Origin: Vitrella brassicaformis CCMP3155 | Lineage: Eukaryota; Protista; Chromerida | Direction of reading: 5' to 3' | DNA length: 64,000 nt | NCBI GenBank assembly: GCA_001179505.1 | Contig: CDMY01000436.1 | Span: 315,607 to 379,606 of the forward strand | In this document: one piece after another, positions 35,427 to 48,189 of the stretch | Position numbering within the stretch: position 1 is the stretch's first letter | How the letters are laid out: the number at the start of each line of letters is the position of its first letter | Notes under the pieces: model-generated | Seen by the model: the letters and a program-made list of their open reading frames with translations, nothing else | What the model was told of the DNA's origin: nothing | Databases searched by the model: none | Translations under genes and position numbers: made by a program

Positions 35427-38400
35427 TCAATCGAGCACCGACCACAGGTTGGTCCTCCTGCCGAGGTTGCAGTCTGGCGACCCCCAAGTGTACTCGCCCT
35501 CTTTGGGGTCTTTGCAGGGATTGTGGCACACGTTGCGCTCAACCACGTCCAGTATCGGGAGGTCCTTCTCTGGATGCTTGTCCTTGTATGTCAGCCCGTA
35601 GCCGTAGGGGAATAGCGGCCGCTGCCCGTCCCCCTTGTGGATGTTGAACTGGCAGGGGTGCGCCGGCCAGGACATCGACAGCTTGCCTGTGAAATCGACT
35701 TCGCCGAACAGGAGGTCCGTGAGGCCCGGCCCGGCCTGTTTGCAGGGGAGCCACGCCTCGATGAAGGCGTCTGAGAGGTTGATTTCCGCGTTGATGTACA
35801 GCGGGCGGCCTGAGTAGAAGATGGTGATGACTGGGGTGGTGGGGGCGTAGTCCCGGGCCTTCTTGAGGCGCACAAAGTCCTCCGGGTACGTGTGCTTGCC
35901 GAACTTGGACCTACGCCACACACAGCACAGAGAGAGAGAGAGAGAGATGGATGCATCTCATCTTTGTCTGTCTGCAGTGCACAGCTCCCCTTACCAGTTT
36001 CTATGGTGCATGAGGCTCTCGCCATCGTCATAGTCGCCCTCGACCTCGGCGTAAGGGTCCTCCGCCATGACGTGAATGACCACGTCGTACTTGTTGGTTC
36101 GCAAGTCCTGTCCCTCCTCGTCGTCGACGACTGTGTAGTTGTGGAGCTTGGCGTGCTCCTGCAGCGACGTCAGCAGACTGATGGCGTGTTTGTTCGACGT
36201 GTCGTTGAAAGTGTCGTCGTTATCTACACACACATACAGAGAGAGAGAGACATATATAATGGGTACGTCAGTCAGTCTGTCAGTCAGTCAGTCTGTCTGT
36301 CTGTCGTCCTTACACAGTCCCTGCCAGCTGAGCGTCCACCCGCCGCACGCGAGGTAGCTCCACCTGGCCTTGCCCATGACCAGCACTCGCATGCCCTCCT
36401 TCGCCTTCAACGGCAGTACGCCACCATTGTTCTGTTTGGTTGCCGCAAGACACACACAAGACACACACACAGAGACAGACACGAATGACTCTCTCCTCCC
36501 TCCCTGCCACCTTGTGTGCCTCTCTCGTCGTCACCTACCTTCAGAAGGACAGCCGACTTCTGGACGGCTTCTCTCGCGACGGCGGTGTGTTCGGGGTTGC
36601 CGATGGTGGTGAGGTTGACGTTTCCTATCCTGTCCATTGCCTTGACGTTGGGGCCGATCATCCCCAGCCTCGCCTTGAGCCGCAGCACCCGCCGTGCAGC
36701 GTCGTCGAGGCGCGCCTGCGTCACGGTGCCGTTCTTGACGGCTGCAATGGTGTTCTTGATGAAAATGGTGAAGTGCTCCCCGCCAGACGTCGATATCAGA
36801 AACATATCGATCTGGTATGTACGATAGATAGATAGATAGGATGGATACCATTCACTCACACAGTTGTGTTGTGTGTGTTGAAATGCTTTCTTTTGCTGTG
36901 CGCTGCACTGCACTGCTGCCCTCACTGACTGACCCCTGCGTTGATTCCTTGTGAGCAGGAGACTGATGTGCATGACGGAATGTGCGAGTGTGCGTTCCAG
37001 TCGCCCATGATGACGCCGTCGAAGCCGTAGTGGCCCTTGAGGATCTCGGACAGGTAGTGCTTGTGCTGGTGCATCTCAATGCCGTTGACGTCGTTGAAGG
37101 ACGGCATCGTGCTCATCATCTCTGCACCCCCGCACACACATTACATACACACACGCCGATCCTCCCATGTGTTGTGGTGTGTTGGGGGCGGGGCGTACTG
37201 GCTCTGAGGCACCCAATGAATGGCGCGTTGTGGTCCCGGATGAGCTCCTCCTCCCCCATCTCAGCGTCGCCATCCACCACACCGCCGAGGGTGGCACCAT
37301 CGCCGAGGAAATGCTTGCACATGGCAGCCACGCCGGTGCCATTGGCCATGCTCTCTTGCAGACCGTTGACATACGCCTACACACATGGATGCATCGATTG
37401 GATGGGGGCGATGCGTGGAAGCAGTCCGTCCCGTGTGTGTGCTTATATGTGCCCATAGTGGTACGTGTGTCAATTTAATTAATTACCTCGACGAGTGCGG
37501 CCGTGACGGTGCCGTTTTCTGAGAAGCTCTCGTATGTCCTGCCCCATCGGTAGTCGGCGGGCACTGCGGTCATGGGGGCCAGCGTCCACTCGACGCCCAC
37601 CGCGCTCATCTCCAACGCAGTCACGCGACCTGGTGTGTTGGGTGGCCAATTATACATAAACCGCATTATATTGAGCTTGCTTTTCTCCTCCTTCTCTGTC
37701 TGTCTGTCTGTGTGAGTGCTGACCGATTCTTCTCATGAGGTCGGGATCGTTGGCGCATCCGAGTCCGATGTTGTGTGGAAACATGGTGGCCTCGGGGATG
37801 GTGCCCAGCCCGTGGACCGCATCCACCGCCGTGATGGACGGAATGCCCAGCCGCTTACCCTTGTTGGTCTTCATCGAATTCATGTAGTACTAAGGCACAC
37901 AGACAGACGGGGAAAGGCAGAGACAGACAGACAGACAGACGAACATCTCTCCCTTGTTGTGTGTGGCTGTCCATCCATCCCCCGCACTTGACTCACTTGT
38001 CTCTTTGTCTTGAGGAAGAAGTCCGGCGTCTCGTGCATGGGCGGCCACAGAACGTTGACGTTGTACTTGATGAGCGACCGGGGCCCCTCGTTGAAGGCGT
38101 CGTTGCTGATGACCATCTGACACACCTTCTCAAGGTTGCCCATCTTGGCCAGCAGACCGTCGATGTAATCCTCCATCGGCGCGCTCAGCTTCAGTGCCGT
38201 CGCTACCGGACCGGTGGCTTTTGGCGGGTCCGGCCACAAATCACACGACCTGCAGACAGACAGAGAGAAAGAGAGAGACCAAGGCAGGCAATGTGCGAGC
38301 GGGCGGCAGATTGCGGCCGGCATTGATTGCCTGACAGATTTACTGACCGTGGCCCGCATAGCTGGGTCCAGGTGAGTCCGGTTGTCTGCTCGTCTTCGGT

Positions 38401-39449
38401 CTTGTGCAGAGTGCAGAGTAGCGTGCTGTAGTCGTAGCTAAATGCCTCGCAGTCGTCGTGCTGCTGGCAGAAGGTCTGGCACCGGAAGGGCGTGGCCACG
38501 TCGTCGAGGTGGCCGTCGCCCACGTCGATTGGCGTCGAGTAGTAGCCGCATCCGCGTGTGATGCACCCGCCGATGACCTCTTCGTCTCCTCCCCTCTTGG
38601 GGGGGCAGTACTTGGGTCCCGATGCGGCATAGATACTCCTGACTCTCTCTTCCTCCTTCCTGACATCGGTGTATTTGCCGGTGAGCAGGAAGCATCCATG
38701 GTCGTAGGAGAAGGTGAACGACTCGCAGTCGTCCCACGCCCAGCACTTGATCTGGCACTGCCGCGCGGTGCTGATGCCCATCATGACGTTGCGGAAGGGC
38801 AGCTTGCCGCCCATCCCGTCGCCCACCTGCTCCGCCAGGGGGTAAAACACACCATGCTCGAAGCAGTCCACCTCTGCCGCTGCCTCGTCTGCTACGTACA
38901 ACACACACACATTCAATCAACAGCCAGTGCAGTGACTGCCTCTGTGTCTGTCTGCCGAAATGTTCGTTCGTCTGTCTGATCCTCGGCTGTGCTTGGCTTA
39001 CACTCCTCGTCGTCGTAGCAGTTGGGAATCCCATCCCAGTCCTTGTCGCCGAGGTCATCGCACTCACAGTCGCCCGTGACGCGGACCGAAGCGATCCTGT
39101 TGGTCTCGGGCAGCTTGGTGTTGCTGGCCTGGGTGTAGAGCGACGCTGACATGTCGGTCAGGTCGGCGTCCGTTTCGGGCCCCTTGGTCTGCAACAGACA
39201 CACCGTCGCGCCCTGTGTGCTGATGGCAAAGGTGGCCCTGGCGCAGAGGTAGTGCTGCTGGCATCGCGCCACGCACTCTGCGAGGGACTCAACGGCGGGT
39301 GTCCGATTGGGTTTCAGTGAGCTGCGATAGAAGCCGACGCTGATGCCGTCGGCAATGTGGCCGGACAGACAGGCCGGGGAGGCGGCGAGCGACAGGCGGG
39401 GGAGAAGCAGGAGGGGAGGCAAGACAAGCAAAGAGAGGGTGGTCCACAT
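35427..39449 (-). CDS. Secreted GH3 beta-glucosidase/exo-beta-glucanase with three N-terminal PAN/Apple domains
   Basis: Signal peptide MWTTLSLLVLPPLLLLPRLSLA; Apple-type Cys patterns (ECVARCQQHYLC, QCQIKCWAWDDCESFTF...CFL, RCQTFCQQHDDCEAFSY...CTL). GH3 motifs DAVHG, FPHNIGLG, APMTAV...RWGRTYESFSE, CKHFLGDG, GVIMGDW (nucleophile), AEDPYAEVEGD (acid/base), SGRP, GKLSMSWP, LFPYGYGLTY. Confidence 0.93.
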
Positions 39450-41083
39450 AATAGCGGTTGTCACTCGGTCAGGGCCCGGCCTCGGTGGTGTGCCGGCTGC
39501 CCTGGGAGGGTGGGTGCTGGCCTCGGGCAGCTCAGCTACAGATTATATATCTTCAGTGGTCTTCCACACCGTTCGCTAGTGGATCGACCGTTACACGCTG
39601 GATCCACCGCCCCAAGGCATGCGTGGCGGCATCAGGCACTGCGGGGGCGGACACACGGAGCAGCAGGCGCAATCTTGCGTGTTTGATCGCCACGAAAGGG
39701 GGAGAAGCTGGAACACCACCACCGGCCGGGATGGGATCCTCGGCCGCTGATGGATGGGATCTGAGGAGGGCTGTGTCTGTCTTCTGTGCTGCAGCGCGCA
39801 TGGGCTGCCAAGGTGTCCACTAGTGAAGTTGAGACAAATATATATACGTGCTGGTTGTCTTGGGCTGGCTGCGTGTTTCTCTCGGGCTGGCTGTGTATCA
39901 GACCGCAGGAGCGAAGGGGTTACATCGTGTGACAACGATCCGTCGCGCTGTCACATCTGTCACCCCTCACCCCCGAAAGCATGACCCACAGACGCAAAAG
40001 GCCTTACACATGGGACGCACACTTACTTGCGTAGGCAGGAAAACCAGAGGCATGAAAACGCCCTTGACTGTTCTCTCCGTCAGAATACTGACGTCGCTTT
40101 CTCGTCGTATGTCTCTGTAGGGGTCTGCCTGTGAGGGTGTGTGCGATGCATCAATGCTTGGTGTCCGGCTGACCGGCGGACACCCAGCAGCATTGCATTG
40201 CCAGCACCCATGTCAGTAAACCCCCCGCGCAGACAACGATGGCGCTACTACAGGAGGAATCGGTCAGAGGATATATGGCGAAGGGGGAAAACAGAGCCAT
40301 GTACTGTCTGTCTGTCTGTCTGTTCTCACACAAAGGGAAGGAGGAAGGATGGATGCAGCCAGCCAGCAGCATCGGTCATCTGGCATGGCAGAGAGCGGGA
40401 ATGTAGTCAGTCAGTGAGTGAGTGAGCGAGTCGCGTCCGGTCCGCACGGCAGCGGACAGACAGACAGACAGACAGACGTACTTACTGCTCTCAGATAGAG
40501 ATGTGTGTATTGTATGTATACAGACACACGTACGTACGTACGTACGTATACATCAATACACCGATCATAGGTATACACACACAACAACACCAAGCATGGA
40601 CGGACGGATGGATGGATCCACGCAGTCAGTTTGTTAGTTAAAGAGAGAGTGAGTAGATGATACAGGCAGGCAGGCAGGCAAGGAAGGAATGAAGGAAGGA
40701 GAGGTAGAAGCGGGGCCATGCACGAATGCAGCGAATTGAGTCAGTCAGTCAGTCTCTCTTTCCCTCTCCCGCAAAATCGACAATCGACATCTGTCGAGTC
40801 GTGCGTGTCGCGTCGTCCACACATACATAGGGCACTCGTGTGTGCCTGCGATGCGATGCCTGGCATACAAATATCTCATACACCACACCATTGCATACAT
40901 AACAAACACATCGACGAACGGCAAACACGCACGCACTCATCGACCGACCGACCGACCATGCACACACACACACTCACATCCGTACACAAGTACGTCCGTC
41001 CGCACGGACCTTGCTGGGTGGAAAGCAACAAAAAGCACGACGAAAACCATACACACATCACACTCACACACACATGCATTGCC

Positions 41084-42388
41084 TCACTCCATGCGCACGA
41101 GCCAATGCCAGGGCTTCCTCTTCATGGCCAGGTACTTGGACCGGTAGTTGAGCCACCAGGGGCCCCACTCTCCTGCAGCCGCGCACCCACACGAACAGAG
41201 ACCATCACGCCGTACCACAGTGAGTTTCTGTGCGCCTCACTGCACTGCCTCACTGACCGACGACGAATCCGAATGTCGAGTAGATCCACAGAAGCGTGGC
41301 CACGGTCCCCAGCAGGAAGGACCCAGGCAGCGGCCATGCGTACGACGCCACCAGCCACCGCACCAGCGGGATCAGCCGGTAGGCGTTGAACCACACAGTG
41401 GCGAAGAACATGGCCGACCGCCCGATGCCCAGCTTGGTGAGGCTCTCGAGCGCTATCTGCGCCGAGAAGACGAACACGTGCGGCGCCAGGATGCCCGCCA
41501 GCTTGTCTTGCGGCCCTTTGATGATCAGTGAGAGAGGGATGAGGACGGTGAAGAGCAGCTCGAATGGCGAGAGGGCGTAGAAGCGCTTGGCGATGTGCGA
41601 GGGGATGGGGGGGAGGTGCTTGGTGGGGAGGAGCTTCTCGAAGGTGCGGCCGCCCGCCTGCAGCACGAAGTGGGAGCTGATGACGAACACCAGGTCCTCC
41701 ACCGGTAGGTCCTGGCTCCACGATATCACACCTGGCACGCACCGACAGACAAAAGAGCAACCAACACTGTTGCTTCACCGTGGCGCTCTCGACTCAATGA
41801 CTCAGTGACCAACCAACCGGCAAGGATATAGAAGAGGATGCCCAACGTGCCCATCCTCAGCTTGGCCTTGGTCTCCTGGTCCATGGGCGGCGCATTCGGG
41901 AAGACGGTCGCTATGACCGACTTGCTCTTCTTGGTCCTGCACCTTTGCCGCCTCCTGAACTTGCCGCCTCCGCTAAAAATGCCCCCCCGCCGCTTCTTGT
42001 TGCCGCTGTTGGGGTTGTTCTTCCTCACCCCCCTCACCGACGGCAGCCCCCACTTGATCCGCATCCCCTTGCCCTTCAACCACCCCTTCTTGGCCTGCTT
42101 CGCCGACGCCGTTTTGTCCAAAATGAACGTCACCACGGCGTCCTTGGTCTTGGTCAGGCCCGACTTGCGAAGCGGCACGAAAGACGGCGGCCAGCTGGCC
42201 GATTTCGCCGGCATTTTCCGCGCCACCTGCGAGCGCTTCAGCGGCCAGACGGTTGCAGGGGAGGGGCGGGAAACCGCTGGGGTCGCCATGAGGGCGAGAA
42301 GCAGGAGGGCAGCGAGAAGGGTGAGTGCGGCAGAGATCATGAGTGGCTGGAGAGGCGATCTGGCCCTGGCAGGGCCACGCATCTGCAT
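41084..42388 (-). CDS. Multi-pass membrane protein with signal peptide and basic transit-like extension (probably plastid-targeted)
   Basis: Hydrophobic leader ISAALTLLAALLLLALMA, then ~130 K/R-rich residues and TM segments FELLFTVLIPLSLI, ILAPHVFVFSAQIALE, FFATVWFNAYRL, FLLGTVATLLWIYSTFGFV; last exon GEWGPWWLNY...VRME*. Confidence 0.7.
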
Positions 42389-42718
42389 GGCGGGATCTTG
42401 CAGGGGGTGAGACGCTTGGCCGCTGCGGGATACTCGAGCAACCAATGTCTCCTCCGCCTTCAGAATAAACCTTCTCTGGTCACGTCGTCGTCGTGAGAGC
42501 TGCCGTGCTCCTCCAGAAGCCTTCAAATCCTCTCGTTGCGGTTGCAAGCTTGGAGCGTAGGCTCGCACCTTTTTTGGCCTTTCTCTTTCCTTCCCTTCCC
42601 TTTCCCCCGCCTCTCGACGGCCACCATCACCCAGGCGGTTTCGATTGTGCTGCCAAAACCCCCACGCAGAGCCGGTTTTGGCAGCACAACAACGAAGAGC
42701 AAGGGAAGGCGAGTCACC

Positions 42719-43194
42719 ATGGCAAACGAGCGCCGCAGCCAGTTGGAAGAGGACCTCGCCAAATCGGGTGAAGAAACACGGTGAGCCATGGGCAGAGAAG
42801 AGGTGCTAAGCATGTCGATGAATCCATGTGGAATGGCTGTGTTTCCTCGGCAGGTTGAAGGAGTGGCTGAGGACTGAGCTGGCGCACTGCGGGTGGCGCG
42901 AAGAAGTCAAACGAAACTGCCTTGGTGAGAACAAGACCGCCACAGAAGCGCCTGCAAAGGCGGCTCGATCTCGGGTAGTGCTGATTCCTCTGCGTGTATG
43001 TGTGTGTGTCTACAGAGCGGATACGCAATATGGGGATGGACAAGGTGTCTGTGGAGGACTTGATCAAGCAGGTGCAGCCCTACGGCCGCCAGACGGTGCC
43101 TGACGAGGTCAAGGCGGAGCTCATCAACAAGCTGAGGGCTTTTGCAGAGTTCCGGAGGGGGCAGAATGTGCCGCCTGCTGTAACGCCGCAATAG
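42719..43194 (+). CDS. ENY2: Transcription and mRNA export factor ENY2/Sus1 (SAGA DUB module, TREX-2)
   Basis: Three exons: LAKSGEETR|LKEWLRTELAHCGWREEVKRNCL|ERI...VSVEDLIKQVQPYGRQTVPDEVKAELINKLRAF. Confidence 0.92.
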
Positions 43195-43454
43195 GGCAGG
43201 CGGGTTCCTTCCTTCCTTCTTGGGAGAGACTGCTGCCAGGTGTGTGTACAGCTAGCTGGATCAACCAGTGAGTGGAGATGGTCTTTCGTGTCGGACACGT
43301 GAATGAATGAATGCTGCACTGTACATATATAGTATACTACGACTACTACAGACTTCGGTCAATGCTTCTCTATCTGATTGAATCCCTCTCTCCTCCCCTG
43401 ACCCCCTCCCACCTTCCCTCGCCCCCCCACACACACACCAACGCACGAGACTGC

Positions 43455-44783
43455 CTAGAGGTCCGTCTCTGGCTGTTTCGCCTGATCCTGGCGCATTCTC
43501 TCTCGATTCGCCTGCTCCAGGTCTATTACGATGCTCACTTCATTGAGCAGAAACTGCGTCCCGTAAGCCAACACGTCGCTCTGTGAATGATCAAACACAC
43601 GGACATCTGTCTTGTCGTCTGCAGGGAACAGGCGAACATACGGCACTCGGTCGATATCAATTGAGGGATGCTGCACATCGTTGCGGGTCATGTCCATCTT
43701 ATAGAACTCCAGCGTCTTGACGTTTCGAAGTCGCTCGGCCAGCTGACGGAACTTGGCTTCAAACCGCTTGCAATGACCACACCATGGGGCGTAGAAGAAC
43801 ACGAGGACGTCAACATTTGACGCCATCACTTTGTGGTCGAACTGGCGACCAACCAACTGCCGCACCAGCGTATCATCACTCTCGTCATAGGCCTCCTCGC
43901 TTCGCAGCCACGGTGAAAGCTTGCCGTCAAAATATGCCTGTGCGAATGCTGCCAGGCTATTAGGCGAGCACACGAGATCAACGCGAGTCTTCATGATGTC
44001 GACGCCGATGAGTCCTTCGCCGTGAGCCGGTGCCTCGAGCAAATATTTTCGAAATCTCGCACGTCTCTCGAGGATCAAGGCGAAAGGGGCATCGGTCTCT
44101 GGATCATCACCTGGCAGACAGAATACGGGTGAGGGTGTTGCCCACTGGAAATCGTCTCGTCCTGCCTGTCTATCGTCTGTCTGTCTGGCCGCCTGTCTGT
44201 CTGTCGGTCTCTGTCTGTGTCTGTGTGCCTCTCAGGCTAACGGAGAAGGGAGCGGAAAGAGGCGAGGTTGTCAATGCTGACGTAGACGTGCAGGATTTGC
44301 TCTGCGCGGAAGACGTAGGCGACATGCTCGAGTGCTGGCATACGCACAAACAAATCCACGCGCACAGCACAAACTCACGTGTGTGCATGTCACGTCACGT
44401 GTGTGTTTGTCAAATCACATACCAGTCTCGCATCTCAGTGCGTAGTCTGCTTCTGCATCGTAGAACATCAACAGGAGGGTTTTGACGCGGTCTCTCTTGA
44501 TGGCATTCTCCGTCTCAGGCGTCCAGTCGAATAGCCGCATAGCGCGTCGAAGGCGTCGATTACTCTCCCCGCTTTCTGACAGCTGAGTTCTCTCCTTCAA
44601 CTCACTCGACCCCAATGGCTGGGTCTCATTCGTGCCCTCCTGGCCACAGTCGCTACTGCCACTCTCTTCGCCGACGGTCTCATTAACAGAGCCATTGCCC
44701 ATGGGCTTCGTTCGGGGAAAGGCTTCGGAAGAAAGCAAACTTCCAATAAAGAAAACCGCTGCGAAACGCGGCCGCATGGTCAT
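43455..44783 (-). CDS. Protein disulfide isomerase-like protein (one WCGHC thioredoxin domain)
   Basis: Signal-like MRPRFAAVFFIGSLLSSEA; b'-like exons; FAQAYFDGKLSPWLRSEE...VLVFFYAPWCGHCK...KMDMTRND; C-terminus PETDL. Confidence 0.88.
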
Positions 44784-44955
44784 TCGCTGCGTTAGAGGCA
44801 TCAACGCATGACGAGGTCCCCCAGCTACGTTTTCACTTTCGAGATCAGAGACTGGGGGTCCCCGCGGGCCCCCACGAGCTCGCGGTGGAACGAAGAAGGT
44901 GCCCTTCTGAAACCGCAGGCCAAAGAACGTGTTGTTGGTGTAGCTTGGCGCCAAA

Positions 44956-46864
44956 ATGGGGGACACTCGGCCTGGATGGATGAAGTAAGTGACTATTGAG
45001 GCAGCGAGATACTTGTGTGTCTGGACTGTGTGGTGTGTCTGGAATGTGTTGGTGTGCAGGAAGGTGCAGCCGTTCTTCGTAGGAGGCTTCGCTGGATGTA
45101 CAGCCACCTGCTGTGTGAGCAAACACACTCTTTTTCAGGAGGAAACACACAGATAATAGGTGTGACATCAGGGCCTCTCACTCTGTGTGTGTGTGTGTGT
45201 GTGTGCGTGTGTGTTTGCAGGTTCAGCCCATCGATATGATCAAGGTGCGCATCCAGCTCGTCGAGAAGGGGTGAGAAAAGACCAACACACGAGCCCCTCA
45301 GGCACGTCTGAGTGTGTCACCTGTGGGGTCATCGTTCGTCACGTCAGCGGCAACAAGAATCCGTTCACGATAGCGACCAAGTTCATCCAAGAGGAGGGCA
45401 TTTTGAACCTCTACAAGGGCCTGGACGCGGGCATCATCCGGCAGATCACCTACACCACCACACGATTGGGAGTCTTCAGAGTCACGTGCGACGCCATGCA
45501 ACAAGGAGGTCAGTCAGTCAGTCAGTCAAGGAACAAACACGAACCCAACACTCAGCTACATTGATTGTATTGATTGTGTCTTCGGGGGTGGATGGGGCTG
45601 ATTGGTCCCTGCACTGATTGCAATGGTGCCCTCCCTCATTCCCTCAGACAAGCCGCTTCCCCTGTGGCAGAAGAGTGTGGCGGGCCTGTGGGCTGGTGCA
45701 GTGGGTTCGGTGATCGGCAATCCCGCCGATCTCTCACTCATCCGACTGCAGGCCGACCCCACACTGCCCGTCGAGCAGCGGAGGCACTACAAGGGTAAGT
45801 AAGCCAGGCAGGCAGCCACGATAGATACACCACACCCTAGTGCAGCCGATGGACGATCCATGTGTGGCTTGATGTGATGCAGGTGTGTTTGACGCGTTGT
45901 ACCGCATCCCGAAGGAGGAGGGGTTCTTCGCCCTCTGGAAGGGGTGCACGCCCACAGTCGTGCGAGCCATGGCACTCAACCTCGGTATGGATGGAATGGA
46001 CTGGAATGCGTGTGGGGCCGACTGACTGACGCAGGACGGACGAATGGATGATCCATATCGCTCTGTCTGCCCATCCGTGTGTGTGCTTTTAGGTCAGTTG
46101 GCGTCGTTTGACCAGGCCAAGGAGACCATCGCCCACTACTACGGCAAGGGACAGTGGCAGACGCTCCTGTAGGACGGGAAACCGGCTCTCACACACTGCC
46201 TGACCACATCAACCATCCCAAGGAGGGAGCCATTGCTGTGTGTGATGCTTGGTTATGTGTCTTGTGTGTCAGTGCAAGTGCCATCTCGGGTTTCTTCGCG
46301 GTGACGTTTTCGCTCCCATTCGACTTCATGAAGACCAGAATACAGAAACAAAAGGTCGGTCACTGACACACCTGACCTGCATGACACTGACACCCATACA
46401 CACCGACCGCTGTGTGGGGCTGACTCTATGGTCGATACTCTCTCTGCTCTTTATGTGTGTGTGTGCGTGTGTGCAGCCTGACCCGGTCACGAAGGAGTTG
46501 CCCTACAGAAACATGTTCCACTGCTTCACAAAGGTAGGTCAGCCAGATGCCAAGTCGATGGAGGCGTGGTCTCTATCTCTCTCTCTCTCTCTCTGTGTGT
46601 GTGTAGGTGATGGCTGAGGAGGGTCCGCTGGCCTTCTACAGCGGCTACCCCACATACTACGTCCGTATCGCACCACACGCCATGATCGTAAGTCGACATA
46701 CACACACACACACACACTCACTCAGCTTCGCGTCGGTCGGTCGGTCGGTCGGTATCTGTAATTGTTAATGTTTTGTCATTGGCTGGTTTGGCTGGTGGGT
46801 GCAGACGTTGTTGGTGGTGGACGCGTGCAACTGGCAGATCGGCCAGCTCTTCAAGAAGCAGTGA
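44956..46864 (+). CDS. SLC25A11: Mitochondrial 2-oxoglutarate/malate (di/tricarboxylate) carrier
   Basis: Three carrier signatures QPIDMIKVRIQ, NPADLSLIRLQAD, LPFDFMKTRIQ; also LYKGLDAGIIRQITYTTTRLG, CTPTVVRAMALNLG and YVRIAPHAMI. Confidence 0.93.
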
Positions 46865-48189
46865 TCCATCCATATCCATCCAATATGTATGTAAGCTAAG
46901 CAGGTGTGTGTGTATTGTCTGTCTGTCTGGATGGATGGATGGCAACACACAACAGAACACACGCCTGAGTGAGTGAGTGTCTTGTTCCTTTGAGTGTTCC
47001 TTTGAGTGAGTGAGTGAGTGAGTGAGTGAGAGAGGGAGAGGCAGGGAACCCCACTGTGTGATGCTACCTAGCTACCTACCTGTCTGTGTGTCTAGCTGTA
47101 GGTATAACTTGTCTCTTTCTTTGCTCACGCACAACAAAGACATACACACAAGTACTGACTTTACGCCTGCCTGCCTGCCTGCCTGCTTCCCCGTGCAGTG
47201 CACGCCTGTCTGTCTGTGAGTGGCCAATGCCCTCTCTCTCTGGTGTGGTGTGTGCAGTCCTGTCGCACACTGGTTGCCTGGACGTCTTGTTTGTTCGTTC
47301 GGATGTGTGTGTGTGCGCTCGTCCCTGCCTGACGCATGTACCATCTTTCTTATGTCTGGGTGGAGCATGGCTTGTTGGCGACAAACACACTGCTATGCCT
47401 CACGTGTTTCGGTCTGTTTGTCTGTTCGTCAACAGAGTGAGACGAGGGAGAGGAGAGAGTGCGGCACGCACTTGCGTCAACCCGCTCGCTACCTGACCCA
47501 TGAGTGGCTGCTTGCGGGAGAGAACAAGGATGTGGTTTAGAATCCTCACTCACTCACTCACCTCGCCCATCAACCTGACTAGACAGGCACCTTTCCAACC
47601 GACCAAAATGCTTTTTGTGCGTGGTTTTGTCCCTTCCGTGACACGTACACGCCCGTTGACTTCCACATCAGATTTTGAGCATATATCTGCCTACCTGCAG
47701 ACCTTTGCCGCACTTGCTGCTCGCCTTTGTGTGGACGCAGGTATGTGTGTATGTGTGTTTAATCGACCGGCAACCTGGCGTGTATGCCTTGTGGTGCGTG
47801 TCAGAGAGCGTCTGTCCGTCTGGGTGTGGTGTCAGATAGCTAGCGGTAGACAGACTGACGGTGGGTGGATGGATGGATGGATGCGTTCATGCTGTGGGCT
47901 TGACTTAGCGAAGCTTGAAAAGGTCACAGCGTCTGTCCGCAATCCCTCCGATGATCACACGTACAAAATGGAATCATCCAATGGTTGGTTCTGGCCAGCT
48001 TGCATGGCCGGTTCTCTTCAGTGCTCTGTCGGCATCGTGCTGTCAGTGTGGCCCTCCCTGCGTGTGGGCGGGGAGGGCCACACTAACAACACGGGGCACC
48101 CAGCACCACAAGAGAAGCAGCCAGCAAATCACCTCTCAACACAAGACGCACACTACACTGCAGCATTATTACTGAAGTACATAATTGTA

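Noticed and set aside
40152-40195. Imperfect hairpin caatgct-ggtgtccg...cggacacc-agcattg upstream of the GH3 gene
   Set aside because: Short, bulged stems of 7-8 bp are expected by chance in GC-rich DNA, and there are no ncRNA family hallmarks.
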